The translations under genes and the position numbers were made by a program. 59,090 nt of DNA, taken from positions 1 through 59,090 of the forward strand of contig JBAZRI010000006.1 in assembly GCA_041662965.1 (NCBI GenBank), written 5' to 3'. The DNA comes from Patescibacteria group bacterium. GTDB taxonomy: Bacteria; Patescibacteriota; Patescibacteriia; Patescibacteriales; GWC2-42-12. Positions 36,341-46,318 of the stretch are shown here, piece after piece (the first letter of the stretch is position 1; every line of letters starts with the position of its first letter). The notes beneath the pieces were generated by a model. That model did no database searches. It was not told the origin of the DNA and saw nothing but the letters and a program-made list of their open reading frames with translations.

Positions 36341-36386
36341 TTTATCCCCGGAGGGGGGAAATATTATTTATCCCCGGAGGGGGGGG
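36341..36386. repeat. two direct copies of tttatccccggagggggg
   Basis: Copies at 36341-36358 and 36367-36386, between mreC and murB; followed by the hairpin aaccttttt/aaaaaggtt. Confidence 0.6.
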
Positions 36387-36414
36387 AACCTTTTTCTAAA
36401 AAAGGTTTTAAAGG

Positions 36415-37248
36415 TTACGGCAATAAAATCGCAACGACAGACAAAGTATCCAGGTCAACCAGCGGTTCAACGATAGCGGTTTGCCAAACTTCATTATTTT
36501 CTTTGTTAATCTCGGTTACCCTGCCAATCACCAAGCCTCGCGGTATGTTTTGCTCCAACCCTGAAGTGGCGACGATATCACCAGCTTTAATATTTTCCGT
36601 CTGGGGTATAAAATCCATTTTAATCATTAAGCCAAGCTCTCCCGAGGCAATGCCTGAAGTTTTATTTTCTCCAAAAATTGACGCTGCTAATTTGCTATTC
36701 TTATTGGTCACTAAATAAACTTCCGCGATCTGCTCTTTAACATTAACAATTTTACCGATAATAACGCCTTGGCTCGTAGAGCCGATAGCCGTTGAGCTAA
36801 CAACCGCCAAACCGGCGAACAAACCGTCTCTAGCGCCCTTGTCAATCACGATTGACTGGTTGCCTTCGCTGCTCGCCCCGGTTAACTCGCCGCGAGAAAT
36901 AATATTAGCCATTAAATAGCGCCGATTGTCTTTATTCAAAAAATTCAGATGCTTTCTCAATACTGTATTTTCTTCTTCTAAAAATCTTAGCTTAACATTT
37001 TCAGCTATCAATTGATTTATTTTCTCTTCGGCTTGCTTTAGCTCGGCCGCCAAATCCTGCTTCCCGGTCTCCGTCAAATAAATTTTATTCAAATTCGTGC
37101 TTAAAGAATAAAAGGTTCTAAACATCGGCTCAAGACTCTTGTTTAAAAAAGATTCAAGCGGATTTAACAACTTGGCATAATGCAAAAAAATAAGCAGCAA
37201 AATTACCGCCGTTATGACAAAATATTTTTTAACGTTTAACTTTATCAT
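36415..37248 (-). CDS. mreC: rod shape-determining protein MreC
   Basis: N-terminal TM segment, coiled coil, C-terminal beta-barrel region; position directly downstream of mreB. Confidence 0.85.
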   Translation of the reverse strand: MIKLNVKKYFVITAVILLLIFLHYAKLLNPLESFLNKSLEPMFRTFYSLSTNLNKIYLTETGKQDLAAELKQAEEKINQLIAENVKLRFLEEENTVLRKHLNFLNKDNRRYLMANIISRGELTGASSEGNQSIVIDKGARDGLFAGLAVVSSTAIGSTSQGVIIGKIVNVKEQIAEVYLVTNKNSKLAASIFGENKTSGIASGELGLMIKMDFIPQTENIKAGDIVATSGLEQNIPRGLVIGRVTEINKENNEVWQTAIVEPLVDLDTLSVVAILLP

Positions 37249-37261
37249 ACCGATTAAACAT

Positions 37262-37377
37262 TATATCAGGTAAGAATGACTAATGACTAATTTCTAATGT
37301 CAAATCAATGCCAAAATTCAAATGTCAAAAATAATTAATTTAAATTTGTCATTTGTCATTAGAAATTTGTCATTACT
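37262..37377. repeat. AT-rich imperfect palindrome (aatgac/ctaat words)
   Basis: aatgactaatgactaatttctaatgtcaaa faces tttgtcatttgtcattagaaatttgtcatt. Confidence 0.55.
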
Positions 37378-38421
37378 TTAGTATTCTTCCGTAGCCGGCG
37401 ATAGCACCTTGGCGAGCAAAGCCGGATCGGCTAATAGCATGCCCGTGCCCCTAACCACGCAGGTTAAAGGATCCTCGGCCACTCTGACCGGAATTTTAGT
37501 GGCTTGGGCGATTTCTTTATCCAAGCCGCGAAGCAAAGCGCCGCCGCCGGTTAAAACAATGCCGTGCTCGTAAATATCCGAAACTAATTCCGGCGGCGTG
37601 GTTTCTAAAGTTATTTTTATGTTTTCTATAATTTGCCTGATGACTCTTTGCATGGCTTCCCTTACCTGGCTGTCAGTTATCATAACTTCTTTAGGCAAGC
37701 CATTGATTAAATCCCGGCCGCGCAAAGGCATTTCCATGGATTCTTTCAGGGCCGAAGCCGAACCGATCCTGATTTTTATGTTTTCCGCCACCTGCTCGCC
37801 GATTAAAATATTAAATTCTTCGCGCACATATTGGATAATGTCATTATCCAGCGCGTTGCCGGCCAGGCGCAAAGTTTTCCAGGTTACCACCCCGCCCAAA
37901 GAAATAACCGCGATTTCGGTCGTACCGCCGCCGATATCAACCACCATGGTGGCCTGGGGGCCGGTAACGTCCAGGCGGGTGCCGATAGCCGCGGCCATTG
38001 ATTGCTCAATCAAAAAAACTTCGCGCGCTCCGGCCGATTTGGCCGCGTCTTCAACCGCTTTCTTCTCCACCTCGGTAATATCCAAAGGAATGCCGATAAC
38101 CACCCGCGGCCGCGGCACTAAAGTAAAATGCTCGGCGTGCACTTTATCAATAAAATACTTAAGCATTTTTTCCGTAACTTCAAAATCGGAAATCACGCCG
38201 TCCACCAAAGGCTTAATGGCCTGGATATGGGGCGGGGTTTTACCAAGCATTTTTTTCGCTTCCGCGCCCACGCATAAAATTTCATCGGTGCGCATATTAA
38301 CCGCCACCACCGAAGGTTCATTGATAACAATCCCCTTGTCCGGCGTGTAAACTAAAGTATTGGTCGTGCCCAGATCAATGCCCAGGTCTTTAGAAAATTT
38401 TCCGAAAAATTTATTTAGCAT
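37378..38421 (-). CDS. mreB: rod shape-determining protein MreB
   Basis: Actin-fold motifs DLGTTNT, VDIGGGTTE, GIVLTGGGA. Confidence 0.95.
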   Translation of the reverse strand: MLNKFFGKFSKDLGIDLGTTNTLVYTPDKGIVINEPSVVAVNMRTDEILCVGAEAKKMLGKTPPHIQAIKPLVDGVISDFEVTEKMLKYFIDKVHAEHFTLVPRPRVVIGIPLDITEVEKKAVEDAAKSAGAREVFLIEQSMAAAIGTRLDVTGPQATMVVDIGGGTTEIAVISLGGVVTWKTLRLAGNALDNDIIQYVREEFNILIGEQVAENIKIRIGSASALKESMEMPLRGRDLINGLPKEVMITDSQVREAMQRVIRQIIENIKITLETTPPELVSDIYEHGIVLTGGGALLRGLDKEIAQATKIPVRVAEDPLTCVVRGTGMLLADPALLAKVLSPATEEY

Positions 38422-38425
38422 TTAA

Positions 38426-38752
38426 TTAATTATGAGTTTCATTATAATTTTCCCATTTCCACTCCCTATTTTTATTATATTCTAATTTTTTTATAATCTC
38501 TTTTTCTAAATCTATTTTATAAACTCCGGCCAAATGTAAAATTCTGATTATTGCATCCGCTAACTCTTCGGCGAAACCGTCTTTACCATTCATTTTTTTT
38601 CGCCGATAAGCTTCCATGGCTTCGCTGACCTCGCTATGAATAAGCGCGATTTTTTCCAGCGTATTAATTTCCTCGGGTTTAACGCCGAACTTCTTATCTT
38701 CGGCAAGTTTCATAACTAGTTCAATTAATTTTTCCAAGCTTAAATTCGCCAT
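38426..38752 (-). CDS. MazG-like nucleotide pyrophosphohydrolase
   Basis: 108-aa all-alpha protein with EVSEAMEA...ELADAIIR (ExxE...ExxD) motif. Confidence 0.65.
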   Translation of the reverse strand: MANLSLEKLIELVMKLAEDKKFGVKPEEINTLEKIALIHSEVSEAMEAYRRKKMNGKDGFAEELADAIIRILHLAGVYKIDLEKEIIKKLEYNKNREWKWENYNETHN

Positions 38753-38860
38753 AAATTTATTAATTACTATTACAGTTTACCTTAAAAATAAGCTTTTTGT
38801 CAAAAAACGGCCGCTTGTAAAAATGCCGCCGTTTTTTAAATAATTATTTATTTTTTAGAT

Positions 38861-39772
38861 TTATTTTTTTCCTAATTTTTCCCAAACCACTAAAATCGGC
38901 GAAGCCACGAAGATTGAGGAATAGGTGCCGATGAAAATACCGATAGCCAAAGCCAGGACAAAAGTCCTGATGGACGCGCCGCCGAAAATAATAATGGCCG
39001 CTAAAACTAACAGCACGGTTAAAGAAGTATTAAGCGAACGAACGATAGTTTGGTTTAGGCTGGTGTTAACCGTACCTTCAAAATCTTCATTGCTTTTCGG
39101 TAAATTCTCGCGTAAACGGTCAAAGACGACGATCGTGTCATGAACCGAATAGCCGAGTACGGTTAAGACCGCGGCGACAAAAGCCGTATTAATTTCTATG
39201 CCGTAGAAATGCCCCAAAAAGGCAAATACGCCCACAGTAATAACCACGTCATGAAACATGGCGATAATCGCGGCCGAACCATATTTCCAGGCAGCAACCG
39301 GGCGGGAAACAGTCCTGAAAGCATAAGTGATATAAGATAACATGGCTATAAGCGCGAAAAATATGGCCCAAAGCGATTTGATTTTTAATTCCGCGCCGAT
39401 TGACGGGCCGACTGATTCAAAACGCTGTTCTTCGATCAAATTATTTTTATTCTCTTTTTGGGCCAGCTCGTTTAATTTGTCTAAGATGGCTTGATGGGTT
39501 TCTTCAGCTGTTTCCTGAAATTTTAACATAATATCCTGCTCGCCTACCGGCTGAATAATCAAACTATTCAGCTTAAGATCGGCTAAACCGGTTTCAATCT
39601 GGCTGACTGACGGCCTGGCGCCCGTAAACTTTGCTTCAAGCAAGCTGCCGCCGGTAAAATCAATGCCGTATTTTAAACCCCAAACAAATAAAGCCAAAGC
39701 AAAAATCACGAATAAAGCAGCGGAAATTCCCAGCCAAATATTGCGTTTTTGAATTATTTTGAAGTTAGTCAT
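38861..39772 (-). CDS. secF: protein translocase subunit SecF
   Basis: 6-TM SecD/F pattern, GIDFTGG motif, adjacent to secD. Confidence 0.9.
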   Translation of the reverse strand: MTNFKIIQKRNIWLGISAALFVIFALALFVWGLKYGIDFTGGSLLEAKFTGARPSVSQIETGLADLKLNSLIIQPVGEQDIMLKFQETAEETHQAILDKLNELAQKENKNNLIEEQRFESVGPSIGAELKIKSLWAIFFALIAMLSYITYAFRTVSRPVAAWKYGSAAIIAMFHDVVITVGVFAFLGHFYGIEINTAFVAAVLTVLGYSVHDTIVVFDRLRENLPKSNEDFEGTVNTSLNQTIVRSLNTSLTVLLVLAAIIIFGGASIRTFVLALAIGIFIGTYSSIFVASPILVVWEKLGKK

Positions 39773-39792
39773 AGAAAATTAATTATACTGGC

Positions 39793-39914
39793 TGATTGGG
39801 CTAAATTTGTAAAATTTTCGTGCGAGGACTGTTTGAGGCCGCCAGCAGGCGGACGAGTTCCCTGCCTACCGGCAGGCAGGCGCAGTAGAAAATTTTATAA
39901 ATTTAGCCCAATCA
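39793..39914. repeat. 27-nt inverted repeat around a GC palindrome, secD-secF intergenic
   Basis: tgattgggctaaatttgtaaaattttc (39793-39819) / gaaaattttataaatttagcccaatca (39888-39914), with ccctgcctaccggcaggcagg inside. Confidence 0.65.
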
Positions 39915-39923
39915 CGCATGTTG

Positions 39924-42104
39924 CTATTTATTTTTAATTGAGGTAATCAAAGCGTGCCTTTTTTCCAGCCAGGCCGACGGTATTAAATTTAAAAAATTTC
40001 TAGTGATAAATATAGCGGTAAACATGGAAATAATCACGCCGAGGCCGAGTGTTATGGCAAAACCTTTAACCGCGCTGGTCGTGAACATAATCAAAATAAA
40101 GCAAGTAATCAAAGTATTGAAATTACTATCTCTGATTGACGGCCAGGCGCGCTTAAAACCGTCTTCAATCGCGCTGGTCAACGGCTTGCCGTTAGCGATT
40201 TCTTCTTTCATCCTGGCAAAAATCAAGATATTGGCGTCAACGGCCATACCAACCGAAACAATGGCTCCGGCCAGACCGGCTAAAGTTAAGGTCACGGGCG
40301 ATAAGCCGCCGATAAAATATAATAATATATAACTTAAAAACGCGAATAAAATAAACCAGCCGTTAACCGTGATGCCGATTAAAAGGAAAATGCCGACTAG
40401 CAATAAAGCGGCCATGGAAAAACCGATTTTAAAGATGGCAAAAACTGTTAAACTGTAAACCGCCAGCGCCAAGACCGCCATTAAGCCGGGCAACCTATAA
40501 AAAAGAATCATGAATATGGCAATAATAATAAAACCGATGATGCCGGCGCGCGCGCTATCGGCCATTGATTTTTGGCCTAAGCTTGGGCCGATGGTTTGCT
40601 GGTTTACCAGTTCAATCGGCACGGGCAAAGCTCCGGCGTTAAGCCGTTGCGTTAATAATTTAGCTTCGGTAATATTAAATTTTCCGGAAATTACGGCTTT
40701 GCCGCCGGTAATTTTTTCATTAACATTCGGCACGCTGATCGGATAGTTATCCAGATAAATCGCCACCGGCTTGCCGACGTTGCGCGCCGTAATTTCTTCA
40801 AACATTTTCGCGCCTTCATCGTCAAAAACTAATGACACTTCAGGCGAACCGTCTTGAGGATTAAACTCCACAGTAGCCGATTTTAAATTTTTTCCGGTCA
40901 GCTCGGTATTTTTCCATTCGCTCTGCGTTCCGATAATATCCGTTTCGGTCATGGTTCTAATAAATATATGGCTAACTTTAATTTCTTCAACTTTTCTTTC
41001 GTCTTGCTTATAAATCAGATGATAACCGAATTCAGTTTCCACCGGCGCGGAAATCGTGCCGACCGCCTGTTTAAACACTTCGTCTTCAAACGGCTTAACC
41101 ATGGCGCCGGCGCCAAACCAGCCTAATTCGCCGCCGGTTTCTCGCGCGTTCGGTTCAGTGGAATTTTGCTTAACTAAATCCTTAAAATTAGCCGGCGTGG
41201 CTCCCTCTTTTAATTTATTAATTTTTGCCAAAGCCTCTTCTTTAGTCAAGCCGCTTTCGCAGCCGGTTACGCCGGTATAGCAAATCAGCAAATGCGAAGC
41301 TTTAACTTCTTTTTCTTCAGTATTGCTAAAAGGATTAATTTTTACTTTTTTATCTTCAACTTTAAGAATTTCAAAGCCGCCGGTTGTTTTTCCTAAATCA
41401 ACGCTGGTCTTCCCAACCGCGATATTTTTCGCTAAATTATATATTTCCGGATTATCTTTTTCCGTAATATAGCCCAAATCGCCGCCCGAAGCTTTAGTTT
41501 TTTCGTCTTGGCTGTAAGCCGCGGCCAAGGCTTTAAAATCGCCGCCGGAAATAACTTTGCCTAAAACTTCAGTAGCAAGCTTTTCCGCCGCTGTATTATA
41601 ATCCTCAAGCTGTTTAGTTTCTTCAGCCGTCATTTTCCTGATTTCATTATTCTGCTCTTTAAATTCTAGCAAAGGGGTTTCGCCGATCATTTTGATAGCT
41701 TGCTTAACGTCCTTAATGCCGGCCATTTCCACGATTATCCGATAGTCGCCGCCCGAAGTGCGGTTAATCTGCACGTTAGGCTCGCTCACGCCAAAAACAT
41801 TTATTCTGCGCTCAATCACGTCGCGCACACCTTCAACCGCGTTGCCTTTTTCAGCGGACGAAAGAGCCGAAACATCGGCCTGATAAGTTAATTGCGTGCC
41901 GCCGAGTAAATCCAGCCCCAATCTAAAAGGCACTTCTTTAACTTTAGGAAAAGGAATTTTAAATTTATCCACCGCTTTATTATAATAGGCGCCGAAATCT
42001 ATGAGCGACGTCACTAAAACTAAAATCATGATGCAAGTAAAAACCCACCAGATTTTACCGCGCGCGCTGGGTTTTAATAAATTCTGTAAAATGTTATCAG
42101 ACAT
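39924..42104 (-). CDS. secD: protein translocase subunit SecD with inserted parvulin-type PPIase domain
   Basis: SecD N-terminus (LGLDLLGG) and C-terminal 6-TM bundle. Residues of about 155-395 contain ASHLLI...GGELGWFGAGAMVKPFEDEVF...GYHLIYK, a PpiC/parvulin signature. Confidence 0.85.
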   Translation of the reverse strand: MSDNILQNLLKPSARGKIWWVFTCIMILVLVTSLIDFGAYYNKAVDKFKIPFPKVKEVPFRLGLDLLGGTQLTYQADVSALSSAEKGNAVEGVRDVIERRINVFGVSEPNVQINRTSGGDYRIIVEMAGIKDVKQAIKMIGETPLLEFKEQNNEIRKMTAEETKQLEDYNTAAEKLATEVLGKVISGGDFKALAAAYSQDEKTKASGGDLGYITEKDNPEIYNLAKNIAVGKTSVDLGKTTGGFEILKVEDKKVKINPFSNTEEKEVKASHLLICYTGVTGCESGLTKEEALAKINKLKEGATPANFKDLVKQNSTEPNARETGGELGWFGAGAMVKPFEDEVFKQAVGTISAPVETEFGYHLIYKQDERKVEEIKVSHIFIRTMTETDIIGTQSEWKNTELTGKNLKSATVEFNPQDGSPEVSLVFDDEGAKMFEEITARNVGKPVAIYLDNYPISVPNVNEKITGGKAVISGKFNITEAKLLTQRLNAGALPVPIELVNQQTIGPSLGQKSMADSARAGIIGFIIIAIFMILFYRLPGLMAVLALAVYSLTVFAIFKIGFSMAALLLVGIFLLIGITVNGWFILFAFLSYILLYFIGGLSPVTLTLAGLAGAIVSVGMAVDANILIFARMKEEIANGKPLTSAIEDGFKRAWPSIRDSNFNTLITCFILIMFTTSAVKGFAITLGLGVIISMFTAIFITRNFLNLIPSAWLEKRHALITSIKNK

Positions 42105-42215
42105 AAATTAATAACACCCTTAGGGGTGCGAATGAAGTTATTTCTCTTATTAATATATTTTAGTTTAAACTCAAGATAAAATCAAGGGAAAATAAATGGC
42201 TAAGGTTAAATATAT

Positions 42216-45059
42216 TTATTTCCCACAACACTTTTTAAACTTCTTGCCGCTCCCGCACGGACAGGGGTCGTTACGGCCGATCTTCTCCCCTTCCGCGTCT
42301 TTTACTTTTTCATGCACCAGGTCAACGGTTTCATTTTTCTTTTTATCATCGCCGCCGGTTTTAAATGCCGAGAACGAACCCGTATTCTTATCCATAGTTT
42401 TAGCCGGCGCGATATAATTCTGCGGACGCGTTTTTAAAGTCGGCGCGACAAAATTTCCCAAATCAGCCACTTTAAATATGGAATAAGCGACTTGCTTTTG
42501 AGTGAGATTATTTAATTCATTATATAAAATATAAGCCTCTTTTTTATATTCTACCAGCGGATCGCGCTGGCCGTAGCCGCGAAGCCCGATGCCATGCCGC
42601 ATATGGTCCATGGCTTCAAGATGCTCAATCCACAGCATGTCCATTGACCTGATTAAAACCGACTTTTCAACTTGCGGCCAATTAACGCTAGCTTCAGCCG
42701 CCAGCTTGGAAATTTTTTCATAATTACTTTTAGCCAAACCGGCCAGATGCTCAATAATTTTTGTCCTGACTTTTACTTTATCCAATTTATCGCCGTCTTG
42801 AATCAGCGCGGCCAAATCTTCTTTTAATTTCGGTTCAACGTTAAAAATAGTCGAGGTTACCTGATAAATTTCCTGGACATTCCAGTCGCGAGCGCTATCC
42901 GCGGCCGTATGAAAAATCACCGCCTGCTCAATTTCGTTTTCAACCATTTCTAAAATTATGGAAGACAAAGTTTTATTTTCATCGCCAGATACAGTAGAAA
43001 CCGAAGCATTCTCTTGCTCCGATGGTGTTCGTGAGATTGCTTCGCTAGCACTCGCAATGACAGTACTAGCTTCCGCCAATTCCAAAATTTCTCTTCTTTT
43101 TCTGTAAATAGTTTCGCGATGCTTGTTTATGACGTCATCATATTCAACCAAATGCTTTCTGATATCAAAATTATTGCCTTCTACCTTCATTTGCGCCGAT
43201 TCAATGGAGCGCGACACCATGCCGTTTTCTATGGGCATATCTTCCGGAACTTTTAAAGTCTTCATCAAACTTTTCATCCTGTCGCCGCCGAAAATTCTCA
43301 TCAAATCATCTTCCATGGAAACGTAAAACTGCGATGACCCGGGATCGCCCTGGCGACCGGCGCGGCCTCTAAGCTGATTATCAATGCGCCTTGATTCATG
43401 GCGTTCGGTGCCGATAATATGCAAACCGCCGGCCTGAATTACTTTTTTCTGCTCTTCTAAATCAACCGGATTGCCGCCTAAAATAATATCAACGCCGCGG
43501 CCGGCCATGTTAGTAGCGATAGTTACTCCGCCGAATTCTCCGGCCCGCGCGATAATTTGCGCTTCTTTTTCATGATGCTTGGCGTTTAAAATTTGCGGGA
43601 TTACGCCTTCGCGTTCCAGCATCTCGCCTAAAATTTCATTTTTTTCTATGGAAATCGTACCGACTAAAACCGGCTGGCCTAGAGCGTGCCGCCTTTTTAC
43701 TTCCTCAACCACGGCTTTAAATTTCCCGATTTCCGTAGCGTAAATCAAATCGTTTAGATCTTTTCGGACCATCGGCCGGTTAGTCGGGATAACCACGGTT
43801 TCCAAATTATAAATTTTAGAAAATTCTTCGGCTTCGGTCACGGCCGTGCCGGTCATGCCCGAGAGCTTAGCGTACATCCTGAAATAATTTTGAAAAGTAA
43901 CCGTGGCTAAAGTCTGGGATTCGCGCTGAATATCCACTTTTTCTTTAGCTTCTATGGCTTGGTGCAAACCTTCTGAATAACGGCGGCCGTGCATTAAGCG
44001 CCCGGTAAATTCATCAACGATAATAACTTCGCCGTCTTTTATAACATAATCGCGGTCGCGCTTGAATAAAACCCGCGCTTTTAAAGCTTGTTCAATATGA
44101 TGCACGTCCGACATGCCGCCGGCCGCATAAATATTCTCCACGCCCAGAAGTTTTTCCATTCTAGCGATGCCGGCTTCGCTTAAAGTGGCGGCGCGCATTT
44201 TTTCGTCAACATTATAATCTTCATTTTCTGTTAACAGCTCCACTAGTTGCGCAAATTTATAATATTTCTCGGTTGATTCTTCGGCCGGCGCGCTAATAAT
44301 TAACGGCGTCCTGGCTTCATCAATTAAAATTGAATCCACTTCATCAACGATGGCGTAATTTAAGCCGCGCTGAACCATTGAATTTAAATCCGGCGCCATG
44401 TTGTCGCGCAAATAATCAAAACCGTATTCATTGTTCGTGCCGTAAATTATATCGCAGGCATAAGCCTGTTTGCGCGGAACAAGTTTTAATTTAGATTCAT
44501 CAGCCTTTGCATTTTCGTAATTCTCCTCTGAGGAATAAACATACGCCGTTTCATGCGTTATGCACCCCACGCTTAATCCCAGAAAACTGTGTATCCGCCC
44601 CATCCATTCGGCGTCGCGCTTAGCCAGATAGTCATTAACCGTGATGACATGCACGCCCTTTTTAGTTAAAGCGTTTAAATAGGCGGGTAAAGTCGCCACT
44701 AAAGTTTTGCCTTCTCCGGTGCGCATCTCCGCGATCTGCCCGCGATGAAGCACCATGCCGCCCATAAGCTGGGCGTCATAATGGCGCTGGCCTAAAACTC
44801 TTTTAGCCGCCTCGCGCACCACGGCGAAAGCTTCGGGTAAAATTGCGTCAAGACCTCCCTCTCCTTTAGAAGGAGAGGGTTGGGGTGAGGTTTCTTCCAC
44901 ACCCAGCCTTTTTCTAAACTCCCCTGTCTGCGCTCGCAACTCTTCATCGCTCATGGCCTGATATTTTTTTTCCAGGCTATTAATCTGCTCAACAATCGGC
45001 CGCAGAGCCTTCACGACTTTTTCATTCGGATCACCGAAAATTTTATCAATTATGCTCAT
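42216..45059 (-). CDS. secA: preprotein translocase ATPase SecA
   Basis: MRTGEGKTL Walker [30 protein letters not shown]-terminal [14 protein letters not shown] zinc motif. Confidence 0.95.
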   Translation of the reverse strand: MSIIDKIFGDPNEKVVKALRPIVEQINSLEKKYQAMSDEELRAQTGEFRKRLGVEETSPQPSPSKGEGGLDAILPEAFAVVREAAKRVLGQRHYDAQLMGGMVLHRGQIAEMRTGEGKTLVATLPAYLNALTKKGVHVITVNDYLAKRDAEWMGRIHSFLGLSVGCITHETAYVYSSEENYENAKADESKLKLVPRKQAYACDIIYGTNNEYGFDYLRDNMAPDLNSMVQRGLNYAIVDEVDSILIDEARTPLIISAPAEESTEKYYKFAQLVELLTENEDYNVDEKMRAATLSEAGIARMEKLLGVENIYAAGGMSDVHHIEQALKARVLFKRDRDYVIKDGEVIIVDEFTGRLMHGRRYSEGLHQAIEAKEKVDIQRESQTLATVTFQNYFRMYAKLSGMTGTAVTEAEEFSKIYNLETVVIPTNRPMVRKDLNDLIYATEIGKFKAVVEEVKRRHALGQPVLVGTISIEKNEILGEMLEREGVIPQILNAKHHEKEAQIIARAGEFGGVTIATNMAGRGVDIILGGNPVDLEEQKKVIQAGGLHIIGTERHESRRIDNQLRGRAGRQGDPGSSQFYVSMEDDLMRIFGGDRMKSLMKTLKVPEDMPIENGMVSRSIESAQMKVEGNNFDIRKHLVEYDDVINKHRETIYRKRREILELAEASTVIASASEAISRTPSEQENASVSTVSGDENKTLSSIILEMVENEIEQAVIFHTAADSARDWNVQEIYQVTSTIFNVEPKLKEDLAALIQDGDKLDKVKVRTKIIEHLAGLAKSNYEKISKLAAEASVNWPQVEKSVLIRSMDMLWIEHLEAMDHMRHGIGLRGYGQRDPLVEYKKEAYILYNELNNLTQKQVAYSIFKVADLGNFVAPTLKTRPQNYIAPAKTMDKNTGSFSAFKTGGDDKKKNETVDLVHEKVKDAEGEKIGRNDPCPCGSGKKFKKCCGK
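43027..43062. repeat. in-frame half-copy of the tgtcattgcgag repeat inside secA
   Basis: gttcgtgagattgcttcgctagcactcgcaatgaca translates (minus strand) as ...[12 protein letters not shown]... in a variable SecA segment. Confidence 0.65.
44857..44879. repeat. in-frame hairpin repeat ccctctcctttagaaggagaggg inside secA
   Basis: Perfect 9-bp stem encoding ...SPSKGEGG..., at the position where E. coli SecA (from memory) has a short EKGEVLEN loop. Confidence 0.6.
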
Positions 45060-45150
45060 ATATTATAAAAAACACGCTTAAGCGTGGTATTTATTAAAAC
45101 AAATTAATTATACATCTTACTATGTAAAAAATCAATGAATTTACCTAATA

Positions 45151-45179
45151 TTGACAAAATATTAATAATATGATATAAA
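45151..45179 (+). promoter_or_regulatory. sigma70-like promoter
   Basis: TTGACA (45151-45156), 17 nt, TATAAA (45174-45179). The downstream gggaggag SD precedes the ATG at 45240. Confidence 0.5.
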
Positions 45180-45239
45180 AATATGATTTATATTTTCAAA
45201 AAAAATATACGGACATTAAAAAATGGGAGGAGAATAGCC

Positions 45240-45980
45240 ATGAAAAAATGGATTAGTTTGCCAGATGCTTTAGAAATGGATCCGCAATTTCAGAAAAAAA
45301 GCGGCGCAAGCGCCTGGGTAATAAACGAAAAAACTGGCGAGATTAATTCTCGTTGGGGTAAAGTTGCTGTTCAGGTTCAGCTAAAAAACGACGGCAATCT
45401 TGATTTCGGTCGCGGGGTATATTATGAACCGCCTAATATTAATGCGGTGGTTTATGGGTTTGAGGCCGATGGTACCTGTAAGGTAGGAATTACCATACAA
45501 GAAAGGCCATTTGCCAATAATCCTCCCGACATTGACAATCCTTACGGAACACCGGCCGATTCGCCTATTAAATTCGGACAACCGGTGATGGGTTTTTTAA
45601 AAAAAATCATCGGAGATGGCGCCGCCGCCAGTATTTTTGAATCAACAATAGGCGGAGCCACTAGAGAGGCGCTTGAAGAAGTCGGCGCGACGGCGGAAGG
45701 AATTTTGGAAGTAAAACCCTTCGGGGAACATTATCCAAATCCCACTTTTTGCGCCACAACATCCCGGCTGATTGAGATCAAGATTGATCTCAAAAAAGTA
45801 ACCGGGCAAACCGACAAAGAAGAACTTATTTATAAGGCTGAATATATCAGCCTTAAAGAGCTCTTCTGCCGGATTGGTAAAAAGGTGCATGACGGCGTTA
45901 ATTACAACGCCGCGGTTGCCAACAACACCTTTTTTATGTGGCTGGCGAAACACCCTGAGTTGTTAAGCCAGCTAACTTAA
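45240..45980 (+). CDS. divergent Nudix-like hydrolase
   Basis: Start set at the SD-preceded MKKWISL. E-x7-REALEEVGA matches the Nudix box core REUxEExGU. Confidence 0.45.
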   Translation: MKKWISLPDALEMDPQFQKKSGASAWVINEKTGEINSRWGKVAVQVQLKNDGNLDFGRGVYYEPPNINAVVYGFEADGTCKVGITIQERPFANNPPDIDNPYGTPADSPIKFGQPVMGFLKKIIGDGAAASIFESTIGGATREALEEVGATAEGILEVKPFGEHYPNPTFCATTSRLIEIKIDLKKVTGQTDKEELIYKAEYISLKELFCRIGKKVHDGVNYNAAVANNTFFMWLAKHPELLSQLT

Positions 45981-46204
45981 TTTAACGCAGATAACTGCAA
46001 ACGACCAACCAAGGAGGTAAAAATGCGATAAATTTATGCAGGGAACGCCCGCGCCTAAAAAGCAAAAGACGGGCAAGGTATTGAGTCTGGCTGATACTAT
46101 GTTAGGAGGATGAAAAATCATCCCTTAGGCTAGTCACCACTAACGCCGGTTGAAGTCTGCCTGGAAGCCGAGGGTAAACGGCCGCCCGAAGCTTTAAAAG
46201 CTCA
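45981..46204 (+). other. long non-coding tail / candidate small RNA or micro-ORF locus
   Basis: No ORF of 60 aa or more on either strand. A strong SD, aaggaggtaaaa, precedes ATG-CGA-TAA (2 codons), then a 25-codon ORF (MQGTPAPKKQKTGKVLSLADTMLGG). Direct repeat ttgagtctggctg / ttgaagtctgcctg. Ends at a strong terminator. Confidence 0.25.
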
Positions 46205-46244
46205 AAAAATAACCACCAGATTCATCACTGGTGGTTTTTCTTTT
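46205..46244. terminator. strong bidirectional intrinsic terminator
   Basis: accaccag-attcatca-ctggtggt 8-bp stem, flanked by an A-run upstream and a T-run downstream. Confidence 0.7.
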
Positions 46245-46318
46245 ATTATAAATTTAAAAACGGATATCTAACAGTTAACCAATGAACAACTTTCTTCCTT
46301 CAACCCCTAGATCCCGGA

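Noticed and set aside
36341-36386. Possible CRISPR-like array.
   Set aside because: There are only two short copies with a 8-nt gap between them, no spacer-sized units and no cas genes in the window. No CRISPR array was seen anywhere.
37598-38350. 250-aa ORF on the plus strand.
   Set aside because: It is entirely antisense to the unmistakable mreB gene and has a low-complexity S/T/P-rich translation, so it is a shadow ORF. The same reasoning applies to 14114-14728, 10213-10680, 30438-30912, 27828-28281, 45381-45953, 56620-57030, 47417-47955, 48054-48416 and the other short antisense ORFs in the track.
39749-39937. 62-aa ORF in the secD-secF spacer (..PAGGRVPCLPAGRRSRK..).
   Set aside because: It is a translation of the GC palindrome and inverted-repeat element, not a gene.
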